DNA from: an uncultured Verrucomicrobiae bacterium
Lineage (GTDB): Bacteria > Verrucomicrobiota > Verrucomicrobiia > Chthoniobacterales > UBA10450
Direction of reading: 5' to 3'
DNA length: 64,000 nt
Assembly: GCA_963756875.1 (NCBI GenBank)
Contig: CAVWPA010000002.1
Span: 1 to 64,000 of the forward strand
The notes beneath the pieces were generated by a model that was not told the DNA's origin, ran no database searches, and saw only the letters and a list, made by a program, of their open reading frames with translations. Below, in pieces: positions 48,219-57,963 of the stretch; the stretch's first letter is position 1; every line of letters begins with the position of its first letter. Both the position numbers and the translations under genes were made by a program.

Positions 48219-48692
48219 TTGAAGACGGAAACGGGCACATTGGGACGACGTCAGGCCGATCCAGCTCGGGCCGATGTAGAACAGCTCTCTCATATCATCC
48301 TGGAGATGCAGCGTTGTTTCGTGCTGCATTTGTGCAAGGAGCTCACGCCCGGTGGCGTTTCGTTTCCGCAATTTTTTCTTCTGACCTATCTCGACCGCAA
48401 GGAAGTCCTCACGATGTCGGCGATTGCGCAGAAAATGGGTCACACCACGGCTGCGGCGAGCGGATTAGTGGCGCGGCTGGAGAACCTTGGTTACGTGGTA
48501 CGCTCCATTGCGCGCGAGGACCGGCGTAAAGTCATGGTTTGCATCACGACAAAAGGCTCCGCGTTGGTGCGTCGGATTCGTGAAGAAATGATGGGCAATC
48601 TCACGAAAATCATGGAATACCTCACGCCGGACGAGCAGAAGGCGTGGTTGCACATTTACAGCAAAATTTATGATTACTGCCAATCGAAATGA
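48219..48692 (+). CDS. MarR family transcriptional regulator
   Basis: LTMSAIA, LVARLENLGYV, EDRRKV; TTGACA at 48184 upstream; start uncertain. Confidence 0.88.
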   Translation: MKTETGTLGRRQADPARADVEQLSHIILEMQRCFVLHLCKELTPGGVSFPQFFLLTYLDRKEVLTMSAIAQKMGHTTAAASGLVARLENLGYVVRSIAREDRRKVMVCITTKGSALVRRIREEMMGNLTKIMEYLTPDEQKAWLHIYSKIYDYCQSK

Positions 48693-48796
48693 TTTTCATT
48701 CAATCGGCGGCAGTGCTAAGACCTAACCGTAAAAAGCGCCTGGTTTGAATCCGGGCGCCGACTTCGCGCATCTAATCTTTGGCTCTTACAGTCGTA

Positions 48797-50557
48797 ATGC
48801 GAAAAAATTTTGTTGTTCACGGGGTTGCCTTGGTGCTGCTTCTGGTTGCGTTGGTCGCTTTCGGCCAGGACGAACCGCCGACCACTACCCCCACGCCAAC
48901 AGCAACACCGAGTCCCGTCCCTCCGGTGCTGGTTTCCGCTACTCCGACGCCAATTGAAACCACGCCGACTCCAAGTGCTCTCCTTCCAACGCCGGTTGCC
49001 GCTACCCCGACGCCAATTGAAGCCACGCCGACTCCAAGTGCTCTCCTTCCAACGCCGGTTGCTGCCACGCCGACGCCTTTCCCCGCCATGACGGAACAGA
49101 GTGCCGTCACGACATCAAACACCTTCCAATGGTCGGAGAAGGGGGCGCCCGTCTTCGATTTGAATAAGGCCGTAATCACCGCGCTTCATCAAAACCCCGA
49201 CGTTCTGCGCGCGTTGCAGGAAATCGAGCGGACCAAGGGCGTGCTGATCGAGATCCGCGCGCAGGCTCTGCCGCATGCCGGTCCGAGCGCGAACTATCAA
49301 TGGACCGATCCGAAGCTTGGTTCAGGCGGTGGCGGAATTGTTGGCGGTGGTGGCACTGGCGACCTGCGGTCCGACATATACTACGCGATCCGCGTTACCG
49401 GAACGCAATTGATCTTTAACGGCACGACCTGGCCTTCGATCCGCGGCACATTTTTTCAGCGGGACTCCTCTTATTTCGCTTTTCGGAACACGCTGGATCA
49501 GGTGATTGCAACCGTAAAAACGCAGTTTTACCAGGTGATCCTTGATCGAGCGCTGATTGGTGTGCAGGAAGAGTCAGTGCGGCTGCTTGAAAGCCAGTTG
49601 AAGGACCAGCAAAATCGTTTCGAAGCGGGAACCGTTCCCCGTTTCAACGTGCTGCAGGCTCAGGTGCAGCTTGCCAATCAGATTCCGAATCTCATCGCGG
49701 CCCGGAACAATTATCGGATTGCGATCCTGCAGCTAGCCAAGACTCTCGGTCTTAATTACAACCCCGCCCGCGGGGTGGCGGCGCCGCTTCGAGCCGTCGG
49801 CGAATTGACCTATATTCCTCGGCGCATCAACATGCTTCAGGCGGTAGAGCTTGGGAAACAGCATCGTCCGTTTTTGAAAGAAGCGCGCGCCAACGTTTTG
49901 AACCAAATCGAGCAGGTTCACGTCGCGCTGGGCGGCTTTTTGCCGACCATCAACGCGACCGGTGGCGGCGAATGGGTGAGCTCGCCGATCAACTCGAGTT
50001 GGGGGGACATCTCAAAAGGCTGGATTGCCCAGGTGACAGGAAGCTGGCCGATTTGGGACAGCGGCCAGGTTTACGGCCAGGTCAAGCAGCAGCGCGCGCT
50101 TCTCTCGGAAGCCAAGACCACGTATGAGGATGATGCCCGGCAGGTCGAACTGGAAATTCAGCAGGCGGCTTCGAACGTGTTGCAAAACCGCGAACTGATT
50201 CAGGCGACTGAGAAAAGTGTCGAGCAGGCGGATGAAGCGGTCCGACTGGCCAAGGCGCGATTGGATGCCGGCGCGGGCACGCAATTGGATGTCCTGAACG
50301 CTCAGGTGCAATTGACGACAGCGGAGTCGACGCGATTGCAAGCGCTCTACGGCTACATTTCGTCTCTGGCCGAATTCGATCGCGTCACCGGCACTGAAAG
50401 TACCTATACGGAGGCGTTCAACGGCATCGCGCCGCACGCTACCCGCAGGAAGACCTACTACACTGGGAGCGATGTCGACGCGGTGGGAAGGCCAAAGCGC
50501 AACGTTTTGGAACCGGCTGCCGTGACTCCGCTGTCTCGCGAGCCGAGTTCGAAATAG
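48797..50557 (+). CDS. TolC family outer membrane efflux protein with Pro/Thr-rich N-terminal linker
   Basis: Signal peptide, RFEAGTVPRFNVLQAQV, AGAGTQLDVLNAQ; 60-bp tandem duplication ~48941-49075. Confidence 0.9.
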   Translation: MRKNFVVHGVALVLLLVALVAFGQDEPPTTTPTPTATPSPVPPVLVSATPTPIETTPTPSALLPTPVAATPTPIEATPTPSALLPTPVAATPTPFPAMTEQSAVTTSNTFQWSEKGAPVFDLNKAVITALHQNPDVLRALQEIERTKGVLIEIRAQALPHAGPSANYQWTDPKLGSGGGGIVGGGGTGDLRSDIYYAIRVTGTQLIFNGTTWPSIRGTFFQRDSSYFAFRNTLDQVIATVKTQFYQVILDRALIGVQEESVRLLESQLKDQQNRFEAGTVPRFNVLQAQVQLANQIPNLIAARNNYRIAILQLAKTLGLNYNPARGVAAPLRAVGELTYIPRRINMLQAVELGKQHRPFLKEARANVLNQIEQVHVALGGFLPTINATGGGEWVSSPINSSWGDISKGWIAQVTGSWPIWDSGQVYGQVKQQRALLSEAKTTYEDDARQVELEIQQAASNVLQNRELIQATEKSVEQADEAVRLAKARLDAGAGTQLDVLNAQVQLTTAESTRLQALYGYISSLAEFDRVTGTESTYTEAFNGIAPHATRRKTYYTGSDVDAVGRPKRNVLEPAAVTPLSREPSSK

Positions 50558-50641
50558 TTTCGATCCGGGAAGCGAAACGTCGGACTGATTGATGGCTTTT
50601 CTTAAGACCTGTCGTCCGGGCGTCGCCTGAAATTTGGATTT

Positions 50642-51331
50642 TTGGACGCCAACACGGACGTTTCACCTGTGACAAAGCCATATCCAGTCGAGCATTTTCC
50701 AGCGCTGGATGCGACCGGCGTTTGTCGGAGCGCCTTTATCAACCGCATACCGGGCATCGACGTCGCACAAGATAAGAAGGAAACGTTGCAGCGACTCGAT
50801 TCGGTCCATCGCGAAATTCGGAATTCGCTTGGCTTCGGCGAGTGGCCCCTGCTTACGGCCGAGCAGATTCATTCGAACAAAATAGCAGTGATCGACGGCC
50901 CGGTCCGGACTGATGGGGAGTTTCCCGCTGCCGACGGACTGATGACGGACCAGGCGGGAGTTGCCCTTGGGATACATGTCGCGGATTGCTGCGCGGTTTT
51001 CATCGTCGATCCCGTCCGACCGGCGATTGCGCTGGTCCATTCCGGCCGAAAAGGAACGGAGCTGGAGATCGCCGGGAAAGCAATCGAACAGATGGAAAAG
51101 AAATTCTCCACAAAACCGGAAAGTCTGATTGTTCAACTGAGTCCGTGCATTCGTCCGCCGCACTACGAAATCGATTTTGCGGCAAACATTATCCAACAAT
51201 GCCGGGCGCTGGGCGTGACGAAAATCTACGACAGCGGCGTCTGCACCGCCTGCGATCTCGGCCGTTACTATTCTTACCGGGCTGAAAAGGGGCGGACCGG
51301 TCGCATGCTCGCGCTGCTCGGGCTCAGGTAG
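50642..51331 (+). CDS. pgeF: Polyphenol oxidase/YfiH (PgeF) family protein
   Basis: EQIHS, ADGLMT, VADCC, HSGRKG, CTAC, YSYRAE. Confidence 0.85.
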   Translation: MDANTDVSPVTKPYPVEHFPALDATGVCRSAFINRIPGIDVAQDKKETLQRLDSVHREIRNSLGFGEWPLLTAEQIHSNKIAVIDGPVRTDGEFPAADGLMTDQAGVALGIHVADCCAVFIVDPVRPAIALVHSGRKGTELEIAGKAIEQMEKKFSTKPESLIVQLSPCIRPPHYEIDFAANIIQQCRALGVTKIYDSGVCTACDLGRYYSYRAEKGRTGRMLALLGLR

Positions 51332-51438
51332 GGATGGCTCTCCGAGCCGTTCGTGAAATTTTCAGCCAGGAGCTTCCCTCAAAGACCCAAATCGTCGGAC
51401 ATCTGTGGAGAGATGTCCCTACCTGTCAGGAAAAGGCG

Positions 51439-52245
51439 TTACGCTTCGGCGCCGCGTTTCAGCGGGCAAATTCCGCGCTTTTTTGCATTGGCAACGAATT
51501 CAAAGAATTCACGCGCTGGTGGGCCGAATTTCATTGTTCCGGCTTTCTCCAATGCCTGTGAAATATTCAGTCCACTCGTGTAAAGAAGCCTGAAGGCGCT
51601 TTTGATTTCATCCCGATCGCGCGCGCTAAAGCCGGCCCGCTGCAAGCCGACAACGTTTACACCGATGACGTAATTGCGCTCGGCGGCGAGCAAAAATGGC
51701 GGCAGATCCTTGCCGAAGGCGGACCCACCTTGTGCGATGACCAGTCTCCCCACATGCATGTGCTGGTGGAAGAGACAACCCCCGCCGAGAAATGCGCCGT
51801 CATCGACGCGAACATGACCCGCGAGCAGACAATTGTTCGCGATGATCACGTTGTTTCCGATCACGCAATTGTGTCCGACATGCGCTCCCGCCATCAAAAA
51901 ATTCTTGTCGCCGATTTTCGTGACGCTGCCTTCGGGGCTGCCCCGATGAATCGTGCAGTATTCGCGAATGACGTTTCCGCTACCGATCTCGACCTTCGTC
52001 TTTCTCTCGGGTGAAAATAACAGGTCTTGAGGAGGCGCGCCGATGATTGCGCCATGACCGACAAGATTCCCGGCACCAATCGTCACGATCCCTTCAATCA
52101 CGACATTCGATTGCACGATTGTACCGCCACCAATCACGGTTTTCGGACCGATCAACGAAAACGGACCAATCTCTACGTCTTCACCGACTTGCGCGGCGGC
52201 ATCGACAATCGCTGTTGGGTGAATCTTTGCCGCATTCATGACCAA
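51439..52245 (-). CDS. lpxA: Acyl-ACP--UDP-N-acetylglucosamine O-acyltransferase
   Basis: IHPTAIVD, hexapeptide repeats, PQD, IREYCTIHRG, HVGHNC. Confidence 0.92.
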   Translation of the reverse strand: MVMNAAKIHPTAIVDAAAQVGEDVEIGPFSLIGPKTVIGGGTIVQSNVVIEGIVTIGAGNLVGHGAIIGAPPQDLLFSPERKTKVEIGSGNVIREYCTIHRGSPEGSVTKIGDKNFLMAGAHVGHNCVIGNNVIIANNCLLAGHVRVDDGAFLGGGCLFHQHMHVGRLVIAQGGSAFGKDLPPFLLAAERNYVIGVNVVGLQRAGFSARDRDEIKSAFRLLYTSGLNISQALEKAGTMKFGPPAREFFEFVANAKKRGICPLKRGAEA

Positions 52246-52265
52246 CGTATGCGGTCTTGCGGGTT

Positions 52266-52407
52266 GAGGAGCGCACGCGCCTCGCGTGCTGGTGATGGCA
52301 CCCTTGCCATCACGAACTTTTTAATCTTCGCGCAAGGTGCGGATAGGGCCGCCGTTAGCGTTTCGGCGTGGGCGCCGAAACGTGCACGCGAGGCGCGTGC
52401 GCTCCCC
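52266..52407. repeat. REPIN-like element (RAYT-flanking REP family)
   Basis: GAGGAGCGCACGCGCCTCGCGTGC ... GCACGCGAGGCGCGTGCGCTCCCC. Confidence 0.88.
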
Positions 52408-52480
52408 GGATGCGACGGTTCGCACGTCGATCGACTTCGCGACAACGTGCCGGCGATTCTTTCGTGTTTTGCCATTGATC

Positions 52481-53176
52481 TCATAACACGCCGGCTTCCT
52501 TGAAACTAAAGTAACCGGGATTTCCATCCGCGGGCGCCCCGATGATGACGTGATCGAGCAGTTTGATTTGCAACAGCTGGGCGGCTTCGGCCAAACGCCG
52601 CGTCAGGCTGTGATCGGTCTGGCTCGGCGACGCGTCGCCGGAAGGGTGATTGTGCACGACGATTACAGCGTAGGCAGACGCGACTAGCGCCGGCCGAAAT
52701 ATGTCGCGCGGATGCGCGATGCTTTCGTTCACACTTCCGATCGAAACTTCCTCGACCCGGATTAAATGGTAACGCGTATCGAGCAGAATCGCGCGTAACG
52801 ATTCCTTGCGCAGCCGGCGCATTTCAGGGCCGACCAATTCATTGACCAATTCCGGCGAATCAATTTTCTGCTTCGCCAGCGTCTCGTGCGCAAGGCGTTG
52901 ACCGAGACCGAAAGCGGCGACGAGTTGCACTGCTTTGGCAGGACCGACACCGCGAACTGTGGCGAGCTCGTCCACCGTGCAGCGGCTCAGTCCGCCGAGC
53001 GAGCCGTAGTCTTTCAGCAGCTTGCGCGCGACTTCGATTACATTCGATCCCGGAACGCCGGTGCGCAGCAAGATTGCGATCAGTTCGGGATCGGAAAGAG
53101 CAGCCGGTCCGTGCGCCGCGAGTTTTTCGCGCGGCCGCTCTTCCGGCGGCATCTCGCGAATCTTGAGCTGCGGCAT
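52481..53176 (-). CDS. radC: RadC/JAB domain protein
   Basis: ERPREKL, HhH GVGPAKA, HNHPSGD...S..D, LLDHVII. Confidence 0.93.
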   Translation of the reverse strand: MPQLKIREMPPEERPREKLAAHGPAALSDPELIAILLRTGVPGSNVIEVARKLLKDYGSLGGLSRCTVDELATVRGVGPAKAVQLVAAFGLGQRLAHETLAKQKIDSPELVNELVGPEMRRLRKESLRAILLDTRYHLIRVEEVSIGSVNESIAHPRDIFRPALVASAYAVIVVHNHPSGDASPSQTDHSLTRRLAEAAQLLQIKLLDHVIIGAPADGNPGYFSFKEAGVL

Positions 53177-53250
53177 GGGTGATGTCGGAGTGGCTCAGTG
53201 CCGCGCCGGCAGGTTTTTAAGAATTGGGGTGCAACGGCCCCTTCCACATT

Positions 53251-54336
53251 TCATCGGAGCCGGAGCTGGTCGAGCATCTCGCACAAGGCATTTCCAAGTG
53301 CGAATAGCCCTTCGACATGCGGGTTCGTCGCGAGCGGCCCGATGTCGGCCTGCGCCTTGCGAATCAGATTGGTTCCGACGGCGATCGATTCGTCCAGCGC
53401 GCCGTTGGCCGAGCGGTTTTTCAAAATCTCACTCATCTCTTCGCATTTCCCGTCGAGGATCAGACCGGAACACCGCTCGCGTTCGAACTCGGACGCCGAA
53501 CTCAAAAAGATCAGCACGGGAAGCGTGAATTTGCCCTTGCGCAAATCGGTCCCGAGCGTCTTGCCGGTAGCGTCCTCGCTTCCCGCGATGTCGAGGCAAT
53601 CGTCGTAAATCTGGTAGGCGGTGCCGATGCGCATCCCGAAGCTCTTCAAAAGCTCCAGTGCCCCCGGGTCTGCTTCGTTAATCGTCGCGCTCAGCTCGGC
53701 GGCAACAGCGAAAAGCGAGCCGGTCTTCATTTTCACAATGCGCAAATAATCGTCGACATTGAGCTGGAGATCGAACCGGCGCTGCGTCTGAATCATTTCT
53801 CCGGAACAAATCTCACTCGCGGTTCTTGCGATCGCGCGGCTGATCTCTGAATTGTCAAAGCTGGTCGAGAGATTCAGCGCGTGCGCGAAAAGACAATCAC
53901 CCAGCAAGACGCTCAACGAATTTCCCCAACGCGCGTTGATAGTCGGTTGCGCGCGGCGCCGCTCGGCTTCGTCCATTACATCATCGTGCACGAGCGTTGC
54001 CAGGTGGATCAGTTCGACGATTACGGCAAGATCGACGTGGCCCGAACTGATCTCGCCGGTTGCGCCCCCTGCCAGAAGCGCCACCAGCGGTCGAAGACGT
54101 TTGCCGCGCCCGCCGATTGCGTAGGAGACGTAACCTTCGAGCGCGGGATCAAAGGCCGACGCCTGCTGGACGATGCGCGTTTCCACCTGGTCAAGCTGCG
54201 ATTGAACGATCCCCGTCACTTGAGGCAGCGTGTTGGGCGCCGACGCGGTGGCTGCAACGCCGCTACGCCCTGGTCGTTGCGTCGACAAGGACTCATCGGC
54301 CGGCAAGCCCGGGCCTGAGCGCGCGAAGATTTCCAC
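53251..54336 (-). CDS. Polyprenyl diphosphate synthase
   Basis: GKRLRP, LVHDDVMD, QIYDDCLD, GKTLGTDL; true start probably slightly downstream. Confidence 0.92.
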   Translation of the reverse strand: MEIFARSGPGLPADESLSTQRPGRSGVAATASAPNTLPQVTGIVQSQLDQVETRIVQQASAFDPALEGYVSYAIGGRGKRLRPLVALLAGGATGEISSGHVDLAVIVELIHLATLVHDDVMDEAERRRAQPTINARWGNSLSVLLGDCLFAHALNLSTSFDNSEISRAIARTASEICSGEMIQTQRRFDLQLNVDDYLRIVKMKTGSLFAVAAELSATINEADPGALELLKSFGMRIGTAYQIYDDCLDIAGSEDATGKTLGTDLRKGKFTLPVLIFLSSASEFERERCSGLILDGKCEEMSEILKNRSANGALDESIAVGTNLIRKAQADIGPLATNPHVEGLFALGNALCEMLDQLRLR

Positions 54337-54438
54337 AGACGCAGGATGAAGGGCGCCCCGCTAAAAGTCAAAGCAACACGCTGGTAATTTTTGCCGGGAG
54401 GAATCGGCAAATAACTTTCCGGCAACCCGGCGGAGACC

Positions 54439-55131
54439 TCACCGGCGTTGCAGCCAGAGGTCGATCTTGTATTTCTGCTGAGCCAAACCCTGCGCCCGTT
54501 CCAAAATTGATTCGTCGATCTTTGCCTCGGAACAATCTGCAGCCAAGCCTTTTGTAAACCGATCTGCGAAATCGTGTTCAAGAGGGACACTCTGGATGCT
54601 GCCCTGTTGAAGCAAACCCGAGCGCGTCCGGCGTTGCGCTGCGCCTGCGACCTTCCTGCCATTGACGAGCACATCGGCCCGCACCGGGTTGGCAAAGCAG
54701 TGATCTTTGTAGCCGGCATCGGCGATGCCGGCGTCGAGACCGGCGACACCGGCTACAGTCGCGTGTTGCCCGGCTTTACACAACGCGCCGGAGATCGCCA
54801 GGTGAATATTCTCGTAAATCGCCTTCGACGATTCTGTGAAAGCCGCATCATCGGCAGGAATCACGATCGAATACGTCAGGTCTTCTCCATGAAGAACGAT
54901 CCCGCCGCCCGTCCAGCGGCGAACGAGATCGCGTTCGGGCTCGTAATTGCGTACATCTGCGAATTTACAGAAGTAGCCGAACGAAAGCGCGGGATGGTCC
55001 CATTGATAGAACCGGATCGACGGAACGTTTGCCGTTTCCAGAAGCGCTTCGTCGATCGCCATGTTCATTGCGGCCGATCGGGATGAAACATCACGATAGA
55101 TTTCGAGCCTGGCGAAAAGCGTTCGTGTCAT
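54439..55131 (-). CDS. Lipoate-protein ligase A family protein
   Basis: NMAIDEALL, VRRWTGGGIVLH, RKVAGAAQRR, LQQGSI. Confidence 0.88.
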   Translation of the reverse strand: MTRTLFARLEIYRDVSSRSAAMNMAIDEALLETANVPSIRFYQWDHPALSFGYFCKFADVRNYEPERDLVRRWTGGGIVLHGEDLTYSIVIPADDAAFTESSKAIYENIHLAISGALCKAGQHATVAGVAGLDAGIADAGYKDHCFANPVRADVLVNGRKVAGAAQRRTRSGLLQQGSIQSVPLEHDFADRFTKGLAADCSEAKIDESILERAQGLAQQKYKIDLWLQRR

Positions 55132-55218
55132 GTCGAGCCCCGTCGAGACATCTCTCATTGTTGGATTCGGATGATAGTAAGAGATTCCTCGACTGCGCTC
55201 GGAATGCCAGATGAACGG

Positions 55219-55917
55219 TTACGCGCGCAACTCCGCCATGATCTTCTCAACCGCCTCGCGAGGATTTTGGTCCGCGATGATCGGCCGGCCGATCACCAGA
55301 TAGTCTGCACCGGCGTCGAGCGCTTCGCGCGGAGTCATGGTTCGTTTTTGATCGCCGGCAGCCGACCAACTCGGCCGAATTCCCGGAACAACGATTCTGA
55401 TTTTACCGCCAAATTCGGCGCGCAGCATTTTGATCTCTTTCGGGCTGGCAACAATTCCGTCGACCCCATTTTTAACTCCGATTTTTGCAAGGCGCAGAAC
55501 CTGGTCGTCGACACTTCCCGAAATCCCTGTTTCTCCCAGCGTTTCTTTGGTAGCGCTGGTCAGAACCGTTACGCCGAGCACCGACACATCGCTTTTACGT
55601 GCGGCGACCGCTGCTCGCACCATCTCCGCGCCGCCACTCAGGTGAACTGTAAGCATTTGTACGCCCAGCGAACCGGCCGATTCGACCGCTTTCGCGACCG
55701 TGTTCGGTATGTCGTGCAATTTAAGATCGAGGAAAACCTTTGCCCCTGTCCCCAGAACCGTGCGCACCATCTCTGGTCCTTCGGCGGTATAAAGTTGCAG
55801 ACCAATTTTGAAAAACGAGATCTGGTCGCGCAATTCTTCTACAAGATCGAGCGCACGGTCCTTGTTCGCGACATCAAGCGCGACAATGATCTTGTCAGCT
55901 ATCTTCTTATTTGTCAT
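55219..55917 (-). CDS. pyrF: Orotidine-5'-phosphate decarboxylase
   Basis: IVALD, FLDLKLHDIPNTV, VPGIRP, DQKR, VIGRPI. Confidence 0.96.
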   Translation of the reverse strand: MTNKKIADKIIVALDVANKDRALDLVEELRDQISFFKIGLQLYTAEGPEMVRTVLGTGAKVFLDLKLHDIPNTVAKAVESAGSLGVQMLTVHLSGGAEMVRAAVAARKSDVSVLGVTVLTSATKETLGETGISGSVDDQVLRLAKIGVKNGVDGIVASPKEIKMLRAEFGGKIRIVVPGIRPSWSAAGDQKRTMTPREALDAGADYLVIGRPIIADQNPREAVEKIMAELRA

Positions 55918-56007
55918 GTCGAGCGAAGTCGAGGCACCTCTAATTATTGTCTTTTAAGAGTATGAGATTTCTCCACTTCGGTCGGAATGACAAACTAGAC
56001 GCTCGAC

Positions 56008-56865
56008 ATGACAATTGAAATGCAAGCGATGCAAGTGATGGCACCGGCGAAAATTAATCTCCGGCTTAATGTGCTCGGTCGTCGCAACGACGGTTTTCAC
56101 GAGATTGAGACGCTGATCACGCCGATTTCGCTCGCCGACCAGATGGACATCGAGAAACAGGCAAGGCGGATCGATGTCACATGCGACGATCCTTCCCTTC
56201 CGTGCGGCGACGAAAATCTCGTCGTGCGCGCAGCCAAGGCGTTTTTCGAAACCACGTCCATGCGCGGCGGAGTTAAGATCAAACTTCAGAAAAAAATCCC
56301 GCACGGCGCCGGCCTGGGAGGCGGTAGCAGCGACGCAGCTGCGACGTTGCTCGCGCTGAACCGGCTTTTCGAGACGAATTTATCTCGTGACAAGCTGGCG
56401 GAACTTGGATCGACGATCGGATCGGATGTTCCGTTTTTTATTTTCGCGTCGGCCGCAATATGCAAAGGGCGGGGCGAGCTGGTCTCGCCACTGAAGTTAT
56501 CCAACAGATTGTCACTGTTGCTTTTGAAACCGGGCTTTGGCATCTCGAGCGCGTGGGCGTACTCGCGCTGGCAGGATTCGAGGGAAATTCCAGGGATTGC
56601 CCATGAGCCCCAGGAATTTGCCGGCCAATCATTCGTGAACGATCTCGAACGTCCGGTTTTCGAGAAATTTGTCTTCCTTGCGGAATTGAAAAGGTGGTTG
56701 CTCAAGCAACCGGAAGTTGGCGCGGCGCTAATGTCCGGCTCGGGTTCGACGATGTTCGCGGTGCTGCACGAAGATGCGGACGCCGATCTGTTGGCCAGCC
56801 GGGCGAAAGTGGAATTGGATCCGGAGTTGTGGACGTTTTCGTGCGAAACGGTCGCGTCTGGGTAG
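56008..56865 (+). CDS. ispE: 4-diphosphocytidyl-2-C-methyl-D-erythritol kinase
   Basis: APAKINL, KIPHGAGLGGGSSDAA, GSDVPFF, MSGSGST. Confidence 0.96.
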   Translation: MTIEMQAMQVMAPAKINLRLNVLGRRNDGFHEIETLITPISLADQMDIEKQARRIDVTCDDPSLPCGDENLVVRAAKAFFETTSMRGGVKIKLQKKIPHGAGLGGGSSDAAATLLALNRLFETNLSRDKLAELGSTIGSDVPFFIFASAAICKGRGELVSPLKLSNRLSLLLLKPGFGISSAWAYSRWQDSREIPGIAHEPQEFAGQSFVNDLERPVFEKFVFLAELKRWLLKQPEVGAALMSGSGSTMFAVLHEDADADLLASRAKVELDPELWTFSCETVASG

Positions 56866-57012
56866 CGCATGCGTCCCGCATGCTGGCGATGGTGTCTCGC
56901 CATCGCGAACTTTCCTGGGGGCGCCTCAAGCACGCGTCGTACGTCAGTACAATGAAAAAAAGATTGTTTCGGCGGGACGCCGAAACCAGCACGCGAGACG
57001 CGTGCGCTACCC
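56860..57012. repeat. REPIN-like element (RAYT-flanking REP family)
   Basis: GGGTAGCGCATGCGTCCCGCATGCTGG ... CCAGCACGCGAGACGCGTGCGCTACCC. Confidence 0.85.
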
Positions 57013-57042
57013 AGCGTGTGCCATGGCGCGCACTATGTGAGC

Positions 57043-57798
57043 CTATTCTCCCGCGCTGCGGCGCAGATTGGCTCGCGCGTATTCGCGGTTGAGCTTGGCA
57101 ATGAAACCGACGCTGACCTCCGCCGGGCAAACCGCTTCGCATTCGTAAGTGTTGGTGCAGTTGCCGAATCCTTCGGCGTCCATCGCGCGCACCATGCTCA
57201 AAGCGCGCCTCGTCCGTTCGGGATCGCCCTGCGGCAGAAGGGCAAGATGCGAAACCTTTGCTGCAGTGAAAAGCATGGCCGAGGCATTCGGGCAAGCAGC
57301 CGCGCACGCGCCGCAACCGATGCAGGCCGCGGCCTCCATTGCCAGATCGGCATCGTGCTTTGGGACCGGAGTTGAGTTCGCTTCCGGGGCCGATCCCGCG
57401 CGCGCCGATATGAATCCTCCGGCCTGGACAATACGATCGAGCGCACTGCGATCGATCACCAGGTCCTTAACCACTGGAAACGGCCCGGCGCGAAACGGCT
57501 CGACAACGATTGTGTCGCCATCACGGAACTTTCGCATGTACAACTCGCACGCGGCGCCCGGGTGATCGGGTCCATGCGCTTCGCCGTTGATGGTGAGAGA
57601 ACAGGTTCCGCAAATCCCTTCACGGCAATCCGAATCAAACGCGATGGGTTCTTCTCCGCGCAGCAGCAATCGCTCGTTCACGATGTCGAGCATCTCGAGA
57701 AACGACGCACTCGGCGGAATGTCGGACGCGTCGTACGTGATGAGTTTACCGCGGGATTGGCGGTTGGCTTGTCTCCAGATCTTGAGTTTGAATTTCAT
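57043..57798 (-). CDS. sdhB: Succinate dehydrogenase/fumarate reductase Fe-S subunit
   Basis: DCREGICGTC, CIGCGACAAACP, CTNTYECEAVCP. Confidence 0.95.
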   Translation of the reverse strand: MKFKLKIWRQANRQSRGKLITYDASDIPPSASFLEMLDIVNERLLLRGEEPIAFDSDCREGICGTCSLTINGEAHGPDHPGAACELYMRKFRDGDTIVVEPFRAGPFPVVKDLVIDRSALDRIVQAGGFISARAGSAPEANSTPVPKHDADLAMEAAACIGCGACAAACPNASAMLFTAAKVSHLALLPQGDPERTRRALSMVRAMDAEGFGNCTNTYECEAVCPAEVSVGFIAKLNREYARANLRRSAGE

Positions 57799-57823
57799 AT
57801 TACGCGACACAAAGGCGTGGATT

Positions 57824-57939
57824 GGGGAGCGCACGCGCCTCGCGTGCGGCGATTGGCGCCCTCGCCAATCGCTGGGTGTCACCCACGAGAATTTCGGCGG
57901 GGGCGCCGAAATTGGCACGCGAGGGCGCGTGCGCTCCCC
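57824..57939. repeat. REPIN-like element between sdhA and sdhB
   Basis: GGGGAGCGCACGCGCCTCGCGTGC ... GCACGCGAGGGCGCGTGCGCTCCCC. Confidence 0.88.
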
Positions 57940-57963
57940 AGAAATTGGACTGCGCCACGGTAC

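Noticed and set aside
52481..53176. radC as marker of a mobile element
   Set aside because: Full-length HhH+JAB form among housekeeping genes, not the short MGE-type
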